Source: Hydrolagus colliei
Lineage: Eukaryota
Direction: 5' to 3'
Assembly (NCBI GenBank): GCA_035084275.1
Contig: CM068771.1
Coordinates: 2,232,001-2,296,000, forward strand
DNA: 64,000 nt
The position numbers and the translations under genes are program-made. A model generated the notes under the pieces. The model made no database searches, was not told the origin of the DNA, and worked only from the letters and a program-made list of their open reading frames with translations. Numbering within the stretch: the stretch's first letter is position 1; the number at the start of each line of letters is the position of its first letter. Shown here in pieces: positions 22,041 to 36,131 of the stretch.

Positions 22041-22854
22041 TATTCAGTGTTAGCAAGTGTGAAATTATTCACCTAGGTAGCAAGAATAAAAGAATAGATT
22101 ATTTTCTAGAGGGGGAGAGGTTAGATAGTGTTAGTGTTCAAAGGGATTTGGGTGTCCCTGTACACCAGTCCCAAAAAGTTAGTTTGCAGCTGCAGCAAGC
22201 AACTAAGAAGGCAAACGGCATGCTTGTGTTCATTGCAAAAGGTTTAGAGTACAAGAGTAGGGAAGTCTTGCTGCAACTGTATAGGGCTTTGGTGAGATCG
22301 CACCTAGAGTATTGTGTGTAGGTTTGGTCTCCTTATTTAATAAAGGACATACTTGCCTTAGAGGGGGTGCAGCGTATATTCACTAGGTTAGTTCCTGGGA
22401 TGAGGGGACTGACCTATGAGGATAGGTTGAATAAACTAGGACTGTATTCTCTCGAGTATAGAAGAATTAGGGGGGATCTTATTGAAACATATAAGATTCT
22501 TAAAGGGCTGGATGAACTAGACACTGAGGGACTGTTTCCCTTGTAGGAGAATCTATAACCAGGGGTCACAGTCTTAAAATTAAGGGTCAGCCTTTTAGAA
22601 CAGAGTTGAGGAAACATTTCTTCACTCAGAGGGTAGTGACTGTATGGAATTCACTCCCCCAGAAGGCTGTAGATGCTCAGTCCTTGAACATTTTCAAGGC
22701 TGAGACTGATAGATTTTTGAAAAATAGAGGGATTAGGGGATATGGGGATAGGGCAGATGATCAGAGTTAGGTCAGAAGATCAGGTATGATCTTATTTAAT
22801 GCGGAGCAGGCTCGAGGGGCTGAATGGTCTGGCTCCTAATTCTTATGTTCTTAT
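22041..22854 (+). mobile_element. CR1 LINE 3' fragment
   Basis: KCEIIHLG..QRDLGV..LYRALVRSHLEYC and a CTTATGTT tail; interrupts sequence that is contiguous at 8650-8670. Confidence 0.9.
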
Positions 22855-24599
22855 AAGGCCTGAAAAACAGTTTGCATCCACACACAGTCCCCTGTTTCCT
22901 CTGCAAAGCCAGTCAATACTCGGCTCCCATCACAACTGACCAACCACACGTCTCAAATGCACACATATTGTTAATATCAATTACATATTAATTTGACACA
23001 TTAATTACAGATCTTACTAAAACTAATACATTCTATGGTCACATGACAATACCTGAGATTACACATTGTGACATACAATCACAAATATCAATATGACATG
23101 AACATTAACGGCAGAAACAGCTTCACTTTAAGTGGAAACCAAAGGGTTAACTCTCACTGAGCAGCCTGTGGTGATCAGCATGAACTGTGTGCTTTAGTTA
23201 CACAAACCATGTTGTTTCCAGTCAGTGAATTTAAACCTCCCACAGTCAGTGGCCATGGTCAGTGACTTTTAAAGTTGATGTATAAGTTTCTTTCTTTTGC
23301 TGTGTTTTTTGTTTCACGTAATCCATCCTCCTGTCTCGCTCGACTTCTGTTCATTTGTTTATTTGAGGGAACAGCATTTTGACCTTTTCTAACTCCTCAC
23401 AAGTATGAAGCAGATTTACCTGTTTGACTGCCTTCAGATTAGCCAATAAATCATCTCCCAGTCCTGTCTGGAGGCATATCGGTGGAACACTGGCATCTAT
23501 ACGTTGCTCAATCAGTTGTCTCGATGCTTTTAACCCTTTCCGTAATCTTTAAAATTCAGAAATAATAATTTTTCCCCAAACTTTCCTCCAAAATTTGACA
23601 CTTTAGTCTCCGTCTTGGTTTTATCTTTACAATCCTTCAGTGTTGGTGGTTTTGTCATTGGATTTGAGTTTTTACCTTCTCCCCTTCTCTTACCTGTAGA
23701 ATTAATTTGAGCAGTTTCGTCTTTCCAACCTCACAATGAACCACTTTTCTTCTGCACTTTTTCAGTTTTTTTCTTCTACTGAGGCAGCTACTTGATGCCC
23801 CTTTTAATGTTGTGGCTGCCTCTCGCTGTCTGACTTCCCATTGTGTGGGTGATGTGATGTTTCAAACATTAACAAGAAGGATCATGTAGATGAGGAAGAG
23901 GAGGGGGCCACGGAAGCAGCCCTGGGCTACACCACACATGACCGGTGAGGGCTGGAGGAGAATTTGTTGGAAGAGACTGTGTTGTGTGAAAGTTTTCCCT
24001 CCTGCACTCCAACCCTCCACCCCCACTCCACCCTCCTCCTCGCTCCACCCCTCCCATCGTCCTCTGAGCTCACAGTGCCTCCACTGCAGGGCTCACACTC
24101 CCACACTTGTCTGAGTGTGATCACTGAGCCAAACCTTGGGCAGGTTTCCTTACTCCACAGGCCTGATAATAATCCGTCAAGAAATAAATCAATAACAAAT
24201 TGGTCATTTCAAACCACGACAGTTTCTGGGGAAGCTGCTGTGCACAATTGGCTGCCGTGTTTTGCCCACATACATAGAGTCAATTCTTGAGTCTTTACAG
24301 TATATTCTGTGAAGTGATTTGAGATGTCTAGAATACATGAAAAGCACAATATCAAATGCAAGTATTATTATATTATTAATGCTGATAAACGGACGTCTGC
24401 AGTAAGCCAATATTCCCTAATGATTTACCTCACTGGGAATCCGGCCTGCGTCCTCTCACTCACTGACTTCTATGCTACAGGACACCACCAGTAGCCACTT
24501 GAGGTTTTATTCTGGTCTTTCGATTTAAAAATTGTTTCTGTCACAATAATAATTTGTTGTGGAAACCAAGGAATTGTTATGAGAGGCAGGCAAGTCTAA

Positions 24600-24653
24600 G
24601 CCACGCCCACACTGTCACCGAGTCACCAAACAAGGAAGTTAGACAAGGAAGTG
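24600..24653 (+). promoter_or_regulatory. Sp/KLF and tandem ETS motifs upstream of TRIM-B
   Basis: GCCACGCCC followed by two AAGGAAGT. TRIM-C has GCCACACCC, AAGGAAGT and AAGGAACT at the same positions (41831-41882, minus strand). Confidence 0.4.
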
Positions 24654-24665
24654 TTGGGGCTGAAA

Positions 24666-27600
24666 ATGGCTTTCAGAGATCAGGTTCAGAGTCTGACCGA
24701 GGAGTTAAACTGTCCGATTTGTCTGGAATACTTCAATGATCCAGTGACCCTGGAATGTGACCACAACTTCTGCCGCTCCTGTATCACAAGGTCCTGGGAA
24801 AAGCAGGAGACAAACTCCTGTCCGGAATGTCGAACGGTGATTCCAGGAACTAACCTGAGACCCAATCGTGCGCTGCGTAATCTGACAGAAAAAGCTCGGA
24901 ATCTGAGCCTGAATCTGACACAAGCTGAAAAGAAGCTTCACTGTGAGGAGCATCAGGAGGAACTGAAGCTGTTCTGTGAAACAGACAAGAAACTGATGTG
25001 TGTGATTTGCAGAGATGCCCGAGAGCACAGAAACCACAGCTTCATCCCCATTAAGGAGGCCGTTCAGATCTATAAGGTAAAACACACCAGATTGTCAATT
25101 GTGTTCAGTTTTGTCTTTTAAATGTGATATCCCTCCACAGCACCGGAGTCACCTCGAGTCACCTGAACTCCCTCACCCACTCTGGCCTACCTCCCGCACT
25201 ATCCTATCCTCCTCCCTCACTCTCCTCCATACAACCCTCTCCACTACTCTCGATTCACTTGCCCCTCTCACCTCCTGAACCGCCTCCTATTCACAAATCT
25301 CACCTCAGTTCTCCATCGAAATCTGCTGCGTCAAGGGTCAGGTGCGTGTCACCGAAGGCACCTGAATCATATCTGGCCTCACTGTCAACCAGTAACCGGT
25401 GAATATATTCCTGAATCAGTACACAACCTGGGCATCAGGTGCGACCCCCCAATTATCCTACCTCCCTTACATCCATTCCCTCACCAGCGTCGCCTTATAT
25501 TTCTGCCAGTTACTGGTCTCCGCCACTATCTCACCCCCAAAGCTGCCGAAACTCTGGTTCATTCATTTGTCATCTCTCAGCTGGACTACTGCAGTGCCCT
25601 CTTTGCCGTTCTCCCCTCCGCCACCATTCACAAAATCCAGCTCATACAGAATTCCATCGCCCGCATTCGCACCCAAACCAAATTTTGCTCCCTCATTACC
25701 CCAGTTCTTGACAGTTTTCACGGCTCCCTGTCACAGACCAGATCAACTTGAAGATCCTCACTTTAGAGTTTAAATCCCTCCACTCCTCTGCACCCCCCTA
25801 CCACTCCTCTCTCCTCACAGCAGTACCCTCTGTCTCTGCTGTACTGGGTCTGGCCTCCTCCTTGTCCCCAAATCATCCACCGTGTGTCTGCAGCCACTAC
25901 GACCCAAAGCTCTGGAACTCCTTCCCTCAATCCATTCCCCTTGCCCACTCTTTTTCCATTTTCAGGTGGTGCCTGAAGACATTTCAATTTGACCGCACCT
26001 ACGGTCACTTTCCCCAACGCTGTAGCTAAGCCCCATGCTTCACTATTATGAATCGCTCTTAGGTGCTGTCTATCATGGAGGGTGCTATATAAATGCAAGA
26101 TGTTGTTGTTGCTTGCAAAGCTTACTGTTCCACTCCCGCCTCTACCAGGTAATCTTTAGATGAGAAGAGCAATCCCAGCTCCTATTCTCCACAAACGGCT
26201 CCTCATCCAAACCCGACTCCAAGAGTAGCCTCTTCCATCCTGTAACTTCCATTGTGAGGAGATGCTGGATTTACTCGAGTCCAAAATCGAGGGAATGCAT
26301 TCAGCTGCCTCTGCCTCACAACTGCCACCTTTCCCTTCCTCATCTCCCACATCACCACATTCCGACCCAGGTTTGACCCCTAATTGTCCTTCCTCCCCCA
26401 CATCCGGTCCATCACCAGCATCGCTTTCTTCAATGTGTCCAAAATAGAGAGAATCCGCTCCGCGGTTTCCTCCCCCCACCTCTCCTCCACCTCCGCCCCT
26501 CCATCCGTTATTTCAACCCTCACCCAACCCCCCCTTCATACTTTCATCCCCACCTCCCCGTCTTCAATCACTAAAATAATCACCTCCATTCCTACCTGAC
26601 CCACCGTTTACAATTTGTATCTTCTAACGGTTTCTCCTCAAACCCCCGCACAGTTTCTCATGGCGTCCCTCAGGGCTCTGTCCTCGGCCCCCTCCTTTTC
26701 ACCATTTACACGCTCCATCTGGGCGATGTCATCCGCAAACATGGGGTAAATTTCCACATGTATGCGGACGATACCCAGCTGTACCTTTCTGCCTCATCCC
26801 TCAACCCCCAGACCATCGATGTTCTGATAGCATGTCTGTCCGACATTGAGTCCTGGACGAGGGACAACTTCCTCCAATTGAACGTGAGTAAGACCGAGGC
26901 CCTCCTGATTGGCTCAAGCCAGCGCCTCCGCACATCGGGCGCTGCCAGCCTCAACATCCAAGGCTGTACTCTCCACCTCACACAGCCAGTCAGGAACCTC
27001 GGCATCACGTTCGACCAAAAACTCTCCTTCCTCCCCCACATCCGTGCCTTGACCGGCACCGCTTACTTCCACCTGTGCAACATTGCCAGGCTCCGCAATT
27101 ATCTTACCCCCCACGCTGCCGAAACACTGATGCATGTGTACATCACCTCAAGGCTGGACTACGGAAACTCTCTCCTCGTCGGCCTCTCCAGTTCCTCCAT
27201 TCACAGGCTGCAGGTCATCCAAAACTCTGCAGCCCATGTACTATCCCACACCCACCTCCGCGACCACATAACCCCCACCCTCGCCCATCTCCACTGGCTC
27301 CCCATCCTCCAGAGGATCGAGTTCAAGATCCTCGTCCTCACCTTCAAGGCCTTACATGGCCTTGCCCCGCCCTATTTAACCAATTTACTCTCCCCCTACA
27401 AGCCCACCCGGACCCTCCGTTCAGCAGGACTTGGCCTGCTCCAAGCCCCCCGCCCGAACCGCCCCACCATCGGAGGCCGGGCCTTCAGTTTTTCTGCTCT
27501 GACCCTATGGAATTCCATCCCCCAATCCCTCCGTCTCGTTGCTTCCCTTTCCTCTTTCAAGGCCGGTTTGAAGACTTTCCTCTTCGACCATGCCTTTTGT

Positions 27601-30600
27601 TCCACCCCGAATTCTTCGACCTCCCCTATATGTTTCACCCCTTCCCGTACACTCCCCTCCCAGCTTGGGTCACACGCCTCCTGTGCAGTGCCTTGGGATG
27701 TCCTCCCGACGTGAAAGGCGCTTTATAAGTGTAATTTGTTGTTGTTGTTGTTGTTGTCTGACGTCTCCACCGATATCTCACCCCAAAAGCCGCCGAAACC
27801 CTGATCCATGCCTTTGTCACCTCTGGGTTGAACTATTCAAATGACTTCCTCGCGAGTCTCCCATCCATTACCATTCATAAAATCCAGCTCATACAAAATT
27901 TCGCCACCCGCCTTTTAACCTGTACCAAACTCCGTTCCCCGATTACCCCAATCCTTGCCAGACTGCACTGACTCCCTATCCCGGAGAGGATCAATTTCAA
28001 GTACCTCAATCTTGTATTCAAATCCCTCCACTCCTCTGCACATCATTACCTCTCTGATCTCATCTCTCCTCACAACAGCACCCGTTGCCTTCGCTCCACA
28101 GGGTCTGGCCTCCTACCTGTCCCCGAATCCTCCGCTCTACCATCGGTGGCCATGCCTTCAGACACTACACCCGATGCTCTGGAACTCCCTTCCTTACTCC
28201 CTTTGCCTCGCCCCCTCTCTTCCCACTTTCAGGTCTCAACTAAAGACCTTCCCTTTTGACCGCGCCTCGGTCACCTTCTTCCCCCACCCTCTTGCTCAGC
28301 CCCGGGATCTGTTATTGGGAAGTGGTCTGAGACACTGTCCAGCATGGAGAGCGTTATATAAATCCAAGCTGTTGTTGTTGTTGACCCCTACCCACCACCT
28401 CTGCAACATTGCCCATCTCTGCCACTTCCTCACCCCTCAGGCCACTGAAATCCTTACACATGCGTTTGTCAAATCAAGCTCGACTACGACAACTCTCACT
28501 TTGTCAGCCTCCCCAACTCTTCCCTCCACAAGCTGCAGATCTCCCAAACCTATGCAACGTATGTCCTCTCCAAGACAAGGCTCCATGGCCACATCACCCC
28601 TATGCTCATCCAGCCCCGTTGGCTCCCCAACTATCACGGGATCAAATTCAAGATCATCGTTCAATGTTTGAAGACCCTCCATGGCCTTGCCCCATCCTAA
28701 CTCTGACGTGCTGAATGGCATCAAATTGCCTGCTCTCCCTCTGTTCGGCAGGCTCCAGCCTGCTCCATGTCACTCAGCTCTCACTTATCCCAACCCTGCC
28801 CCATCTCTCCACAAGGTTTGGGTCCTGACCTCTGATTGTTCAGTGCCTTGGGACGTCCTCCCAATGTGAAAGGCACTCTACAAATATAATTTTGTTGTTG
28901 TAAATAATAATACTTACATTTTGTATAGTGCCTTCTGTGTCAGAGGGATATCTGAATGCACTCCACAATATTTATTGATTTGGTGGCAAAGGCAGCAGCC
29001 AAATTGCACAAATCACCATCCCAAAAATACCAATGGGCTCAACACCCAAATCCATTTAATGTTCAGGTCCCCGGAGAAAATCCAAATATCCTCCTGAATA
29101 ATCCGTGGATTTTGGTCTAATGTCTCAGAGAAGAGAAACACAAACTAAGCAAGATTGTTGGGTGCTTTATTCCTCATGGTTTCTATTTAATTACAGGATA
29201 AAGTAAAATCCTCTTTAGATTCTCTCACACAGAAGAAGGCTGCTGCTATGGAAGCTGAACTTAAACAGAAACAAAAGATTTCACAAGTTAAGGTAAGTGT
29301 GTGGACTCTTTACCATGTGTACATGGTGTGATGTATAGGCTCTCAGTGAATGCATGCATCCATCTCATGACACCAGTCAGGAGCCTGGGTATTTTGCTTG
29401 ACCCAGAACTGTCCATTCTTCCCCATATCCATGCCATGACCACCATGCCTTCATCCACCTCTGAAACATTGCCAGACCTCTCAGGCTGCCAGAACCCTCA
29501 CTCATGCGTTTGTCACATGGCTTGATTATCGAAACACTCTCCATGTCAGCTCTCCTAGCTCTTCCCTTCATAAACTACAGATCATCCAAAACTCTGCAGC
29601 TCATGTCCTGTCTGCACCAGGCTCCACGACCCCATCAATCCCACCCTCGCTCGGCTCCATTGGCTCCCCATTGCCTTGAGGATTGATTTCAATATTCTGT
29701 CCTTACTTTTAAGGCCATCCCCGGCTTTTCCCCCTGTCTCTGACCTGATGACTCTCTATCAACCCTAGCAACCTACCTGGTCTCCGTTCAGCGGACTCTG
29801 GATTGCTCCATGTCACCTGCCTGCTTACCCTACCATCGGTAGTCTGACTTTCAGCCTCCATCCTCCCACATTGAAACTCATCCTACAGTCCCTTCACCTT
29901 TCCCTAGGCCTATTGGTCCATATTCTCTATTATATAAAATAATTGGAGGTGATATTACCGAAACATATAACATTCATAAGCGGCTTGACAGAGTAGAGAG
30001 TGTGAGCCTGTTTCCTAGTTGGAGAATCTGAAACTAGTGGGTCATAGTCTCAAGGTTTTCGAACAGAGCTGAGAAAACATTTCTTCAGTCAGAGTTTATG
30101 GAATTCTCTGCCCCAGAAGGCTGTGGAGGCTCAGTTGTTGAACATTTTCAAGGCTGAGATTGAAACATACCTTAGGGATTAGAGGATATGGGGATAGGAC
30201 GGGTAAATGGAATTACGTTAGAAGATATGCCATGATCTTACTATATGGTGGGGCAGGCTTGGGGGGCCAAATAGCCTACTTCTGCTCCTAGTATTTATGT
30301 TCTTATGTATCTTGCCACTCGCACACGCTTGGGTCCCGACCTGTGACTGTTCAGCATCTTGGTACGTCCTCCCGACGTGAAAGGTGTTCTATCAATGTAA
30401 CTTTCTTGTCGTTCTTGATTTCAGTGTATCTCTCTTTACCATGTGTGCACAATGTGATATCCCAGTGTCTCTCTGTACGGTGTGTTCATGATTTAACATC
30501 TGATTTTGCAGGAACAGGTGAGCAGTCTGCAGATGGATGTCACGGCTGAGTTTGCTAAAATGCACCAGAACCTGACTGACAGAGAGCAGCGTGTAATCCG

Positions 30601-33600
30601 AGAGCTCAGACAGCGAGAGAAGGAGATTTTACACAGAATGGAGACAAATCTCAGCGAGATTCAGAGCAAATTAGATTTGATTCAGCAGCAGCTCTCAGAG
30701 TTACCAAAACAGATGGAGAAAGACGCACTAGTCTTTCTGCAGGTAAAGAGATGGCATTTTAACAGTTACACACAGTCTGGAGCAAAGTCCGACAGTTTAA
30801 CAGATCAGTAATTTGATTGATCATTGCTACATTCTGAATGTGACTCCGCTGCTGTCACTCAGTACAGAACTGAACAACAACAACAAAATTACACTTCTAT
30901 ACTGGAACTCCTCGCTATACATCGTCTCAGTATTCGTTGTTTCGATTATACGTTGTTGCCAAATTAATAATAGTTAGAAAAAAAATTAGAAAATTGGATT
31001 AACTGAAGGGATATAAGCTGATTACATTTTATATTAGTTGTTTAGTAAATATATACATAAGAGAATAAATACAATTAAGAAAACACTTACTGGAGATGGT
31101 TGATGTGGTCAGTGAGTGGGAGGGGACGGAGTCATTCAGATGAAGGGGCGGTATTACCTGCCACTTGTACGGATCCCCAGAGAGGCCTGACCACATCAAC
31201 CATCTTCAGTAAGTGTTTGTGTTTTTATCTTATTTATATGTTTGTTAAACTTTTATTTTAATTTTCAATACTACTGGTGTTGTTTTTGGTCTATATTTAA
31301 TGTTAGTGTCAGAAAATTTAGACCAGAAAAGGAACATAATTCATAGCATTAGGGCCTATGATAATTTATTTTTCGCTGTACTGTAACCAGTTTCACTTAA
31401 AATCACACTTGTCAAGAACACATCCTCAATGTTAATTGAGGAGTCCCAGCAGGGCCCTTCACCAGAAGGAAGTTCAAAAGCGCTGGACAGTCAATGTTCA
31501 GAAAGGAGCTGGGATAGGGGACGTGGGGTGACCAATGGGGCCATGGAAGAGGAGGGTCTTGAGGCTGGACTTGAAGGAGGTCAGGGAGGGGACGAGCCGG
31601 AGTGACTGTGGGATAGAATTCCACAGGGTAGGGGCAGAGTGGAGCACGCCGGAGCCTGCTGAGTTCCCTATAACCGTATGAATCACTCCCAGAACCTGCA
31701 AAGCCCTTGCAAATTGAAAATCCCAGATGTGTTTACCCTGGGATTTACATTCATTTATCTGAGTGAGAATGTTTGAGAATGTGGGCATCGAATTACTGTA
31801 TAATCAAGTGTTCTGTTGTGTGATCTCAGAGCTGTTTGTGTTTTATTTCATTAGGAGGAAACTGCTCAGCAGAGAAGGTATGAAATCTTCTTTATAAAAT
31901 ATCCCCAGAATTCAATGCACAAATAAACACAATGTGCAGGTTCAATTTATAATGTGATTGTCTTTTATTTCAGGATCAGTGATGAGGATTTTACGCTCTC
32001 AGTGTGTGAGGATGATCTGCCTGTGGGAATATACAACAGACTTGTACAATACACAGCCTGGAGAGAGATGTTACCCAACATCAGTCCAGGTAAATGGCTC
32101 CCACTCTCACACTGAAGGTGTGTGAATATTGTTACATTCACCTGGATCCTCAGTGGTTAAACATTCCAAGACCTTCCAAGGCCTTGATTCTCCCTAACTC
32201 TGTGACCCACTGACCTCATATCAACTTATCTGCTCCCACAGCTCAGTGGGCTCCGGTTTGATCCACATCCACTGCCCAGCGTACTCCACCTTCAGCAGTC
32301 GGGTCTTGTGACTCCCCGTCACAACCCTTTGGAATTTCATGCTGTATTCCCTTCCCGTCGATCCTTTTCTCCTTGGTTTGCATCCTTCAAGTCACAGCTC
32401 AAGATCCTCCTTTTCGCCTGTGCCTTCAGCCATCTTCCTTCGCCCCACCCCTGAAAGACTCCACCATCTTTGAACACAAGCCCCGACTGCTCATGTACTA
32501 ATCTCTAACTATTTGCAACTCTTTGGAACACCATCTCACATTTCCATCTGCTTGATCCCTTGTTTGCCTCCTTCAAGGCACATCTCAAGATCCTTCTCCA
32601 CAGTGCTTTTGACCACCCTCCTTTTCCCCATCTCCCTCCACCCTCAACCTTTCACCCTCCTTGATCACAAACTGCCACTGCTCCACTGCTCGTGTCCTAA
32701 TCCCTGGGGATGTCCTCCCAATCTGAAAGATGCTTTATAAATGTCATTTTTTATTGTTGGAAACTCCCCTGCATTCCAAGTATAATCATATGGGAGGTGG
32801 CAGGCAGATGCAGGAGGGTTTCAGCTGTATTTGGGATAAGATATGGTTGGAGGTGGGCAATGTGGCTGAGTGGGAAGAAGGTGGTCCTGATCAGTGCCCT
32901 GATGTAGGTGACGAAGGAGTGTGAGGTGAGTGCCCAAGGAGGCTGAACAGTTTATTTCCACAGGATTGAAGAAGTTGACAGGAGTTTATAGTTTCAGATT
33001 TGTCTATATTGGAAGTTTAGACTGATCCAGGCCTCGATGTCTGCCAGACAAGCTGATAGAACATGGGGGAAGGGGTGGTATGGCTAGAGTTGGTACTGGC
33101 AATAGATAGTGGGAGTAAAAGCAGGTGCATTTGGGGCTAATTGCTGTACGAGTCGTAAAGTGGGGTGTGGTTGGGAAAAGAGCTGTTTGGATCAGTCACC
33201 AGGTCCTAGTGCCAACCATCTTATTCCACTTTGTGCCATTTATCTCTCAATCTCTCTCAGCTCCGGCTTCTCTGACTCTGGATCCTGATACAGCCCATCC
33301 CAGGCTCATCGTATCTGAGGACCTGACCAGTGTGAGAGATGGAAACAAACATCAGCAGTTCCCTGACACCCCGACAAGGTTTAATGTCTGGCCGTTTGTC
33401 CTGGGATCTGAGGGCTTCACATCAGGGAGACATTACTGGGAGGTGCAGGTGGGGAACAAGACAAGGTGGATTGTGGGGGTGGCCAGAGAATCTATCAACA
33501 GGAAACAATCAATCGCTTGTTCACCAGAGAATGGGGTCTGGGGTCTGCGGGTCAGGGGCGGGAGCTATTGGGCTCAGACATCACCTCCCATCTGCCTGTC

Positions 33601-33790
33601 CCTGACAGTGAGACCCGGGAAGGTCGGAGTTTACCTGGACTATGAGGGGGGACAAGTGTCATTTTACAATGCTGATAACATGTCTCATCTCCACACTTTC
33701 ACCAGCACTTTCACTGAGAAACTTTATCCGCTCTTCAATCCCTGGTATAATGAGGATGGGAAAAACTCAGAGCCGCTGAGTTTACATTAA
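24666..33790 (+). CDS. TRIM-B: complete RING-Bbox-CC-PRY/SPRY TRIM (468 aa)
   Basis: Exons 24666-25076 (C3HC4 [21 protein letters not shown] plus B-box), 29197-29292, 30512-30742, 31855-31877, 31974-32089, 33261-33790; 1407 bp open frame. AATAAA at 33832-33837. Confidence 0.94.
26590..27757 (+). mobile_element. Young L2 LINE 3' portion (RT C-terminal half open)
   Basis: [13 protein letters not shown] upstream, open ORF 26758-27714 ([18 protein letters not shown]), (GTT)n tail. Confidence 0.9.
29940..30310 (+). mobile_element. Decayed CR1 3' fragment
   Basis: CR1 terminal motifs similar to 22480-22854. Confidence 0.7.
31081..31218. repeat. 32-bp inverted repeat (1 mismatch) with a 74-bp spacer
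   Basis: AAACACTTACTGGAGATGGTTGATGTGGTCAG (31081-31112) and CTGACCACATCAACCATCTTCAGTAAGTGTTT (31187-31218). Confidence 0.9.
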
Positions 33791-36131
33791 CAGTATGTGT
33801 ACACCCACTGGACTTCATCTCTTCATTGATCAATAAATTGGCCGGTGTAATTGAATGTGAAAAACATAATGGGATTAAAAAATTGTTGGGAGGGACTATC
33901 ATTTGAATTGAAGGAAAATAATATATATAGGACCCGGGCATTCTGATTGACAATAAATTGAAGCTCTCCCATCAATGCTCTGTGTCAGTGAGTAAAATAA
34001 ATCATTTATTGGGACGTAACAAAAGATCAAGATTAAGATGAAATAGAGAGGCAATCCTACCACGGTATTTACCATTGTTGAGCTCACATTTAGAGTACGG
34101 GTACATTTCTGATCACCGCAGTACGACAAGGATATTGGAGAATCGATGAGCTAGAGAGGAGAGCAACCAAAATAATTGAGGGAATGGAATCACTAGATCA
34201 TGATGAACAACAGTTCGACAATATAGATCTGACTTTTTTCCTGTATATATAAATTACACGAAAGGGAATTTTAACAATATGTGATTTGAGCTTGGACAAA
34301 TTCAATAAAATTACAATGTGTTTGTCTGCAGCTTTGGGCTATTGATCACAAGGGATAACCTTAACTGGAATTGTTTTTTTAATTTAGAAGAAAGAGGGTG
34401 AGGGTCCAGATGTCAGGGGGGTAGTTGACCAGCCTGTGTCGGCTGTTACCACATGTTTGAAAGATGATAAACAGATGAGGATCTTGCAGAATGTGTCAGA
34501 ACAACTCCAAATAAGAAATGGGTCTATTGAGGGCTGGTGAAGTTTAATTATTAGCAATCTTGAGTAGTTCAAGGGAGTACAGGATATGGTTAATGATGAA
34601 ATATGCTCACAAGACAGCAGCAATGGCAGATTAGGAGAATTTGTACTATAATTAGCAATGCTTTGCCAGCTTCAGTGCAGTAACAGTAGGATACAGGGAG
34701 AGAGAGAGTTAAATAACTGAACTCCTTCCACTGTGTCGTCTACCATCTGGAGTCAAAGAGAGCCGGTAATATTGTGTGTTTGATTCTGTAGTGATTGCTT
34801 TATTGCTCAATTCTATTCATGTGTTAATCTGTCTACAATTAAATAAACTATTCGTTGATTCTTTTAAACACAGATGAGATTGTTTTTTTTTAGGAAATAA
34901 CATTATGGGGTACAGTACATAGGTAGTTTGGGACGTATGTGGAAGCAAATATACATATGAAGAATAAGGTAGCTTGACTAAAGAATATAATGCTTTGTGA
35001 ACTGTACAAAGTGTCGTTATATCCCAACTGATTGAGAAAAGAACAGACTGTTTCATCTTGTGTATCTGGCCTGTCTGGTTCCACACACTAGAGCAGCCCT
35101 GAGGTAGCTGTGGGGACAAGGACAGACCATTTTGTCACTAACAATACACTAACTGACCTGTTAACCACAGAGGTGAAGGGCTTAGCACAAGATCAATAAG
35201 GAATGCTATATTGAAGAGATTATAAGTGTTTACTTATATTTTAAAGGTAGACTAATTAAAACTGTTAGACAGTAAGGATCACTGATATAATCTTAGTCCC
35301 CACCTTGAGAGTGAGAAAATAAGATTTTCAATCTCACATTTCTGATTTATTCAACTAGATAACTACATATTATTATTATTATTATTATTATTAACTGCAA
35401 ATTATCCAATTGCAACCAGATAGCCTTTAATAGGGAGTGCAAATAATACACAGACACAATCATTGTAACTAAAATTGTGGTTTGGACAATCACAAAACAA
35501 CAAGTCATGAGTAATAAAGTTCAGTGCAGTGAATTAATCAGAACCGATATTTTGCGTATATTGGAACAGACAAATTAAATGTTACATAAAATCAATCAGA
35601 ATAATTACATTCATAACACTATCACTTCTCGAATAGTTATGGTGTTTATTCTAGTTATTAACGCCGTCACCTCCTCTTCGATCGATCCATCGGCAACTCC
35701 TTATCAATCCCCCCCTTCCCTCCCACAACCCGTCCCCAGCTCAGGTCTGAAACAGTGACTGTCCAGCGCCTTGCGATGTCCTCCTGACATGAAAGTCGCT
35801 GTATAAGTGTAATGTTGTTGTTGTTGTTTTTGTCACCTTGCGCTCCACAACACCCAACACATACAAAACACATGTAGTTGCCAATGTAGACCCTGTCCTC
35901 TGTGCAGGTATTGGCCGCTGTTGTGGAGGAGATGATCGACTGGGTTGCACTTGTCCACTCGTCTCCCCCCCCCCAGACGGTCGAGTGAAATTCAAAGCAA
36001 AGACCGGTTTTGTGGGTGGGAGGGTTGGAGCGGAAAGTTTAAGTTGGCCCCAAAGCAGCAGTCACTGCATGGAATGCCATTCTTGTCAGTATCTGTAGGA
36101 ACTAAATTACAAGGTGAAATCTCCCGTTTCT

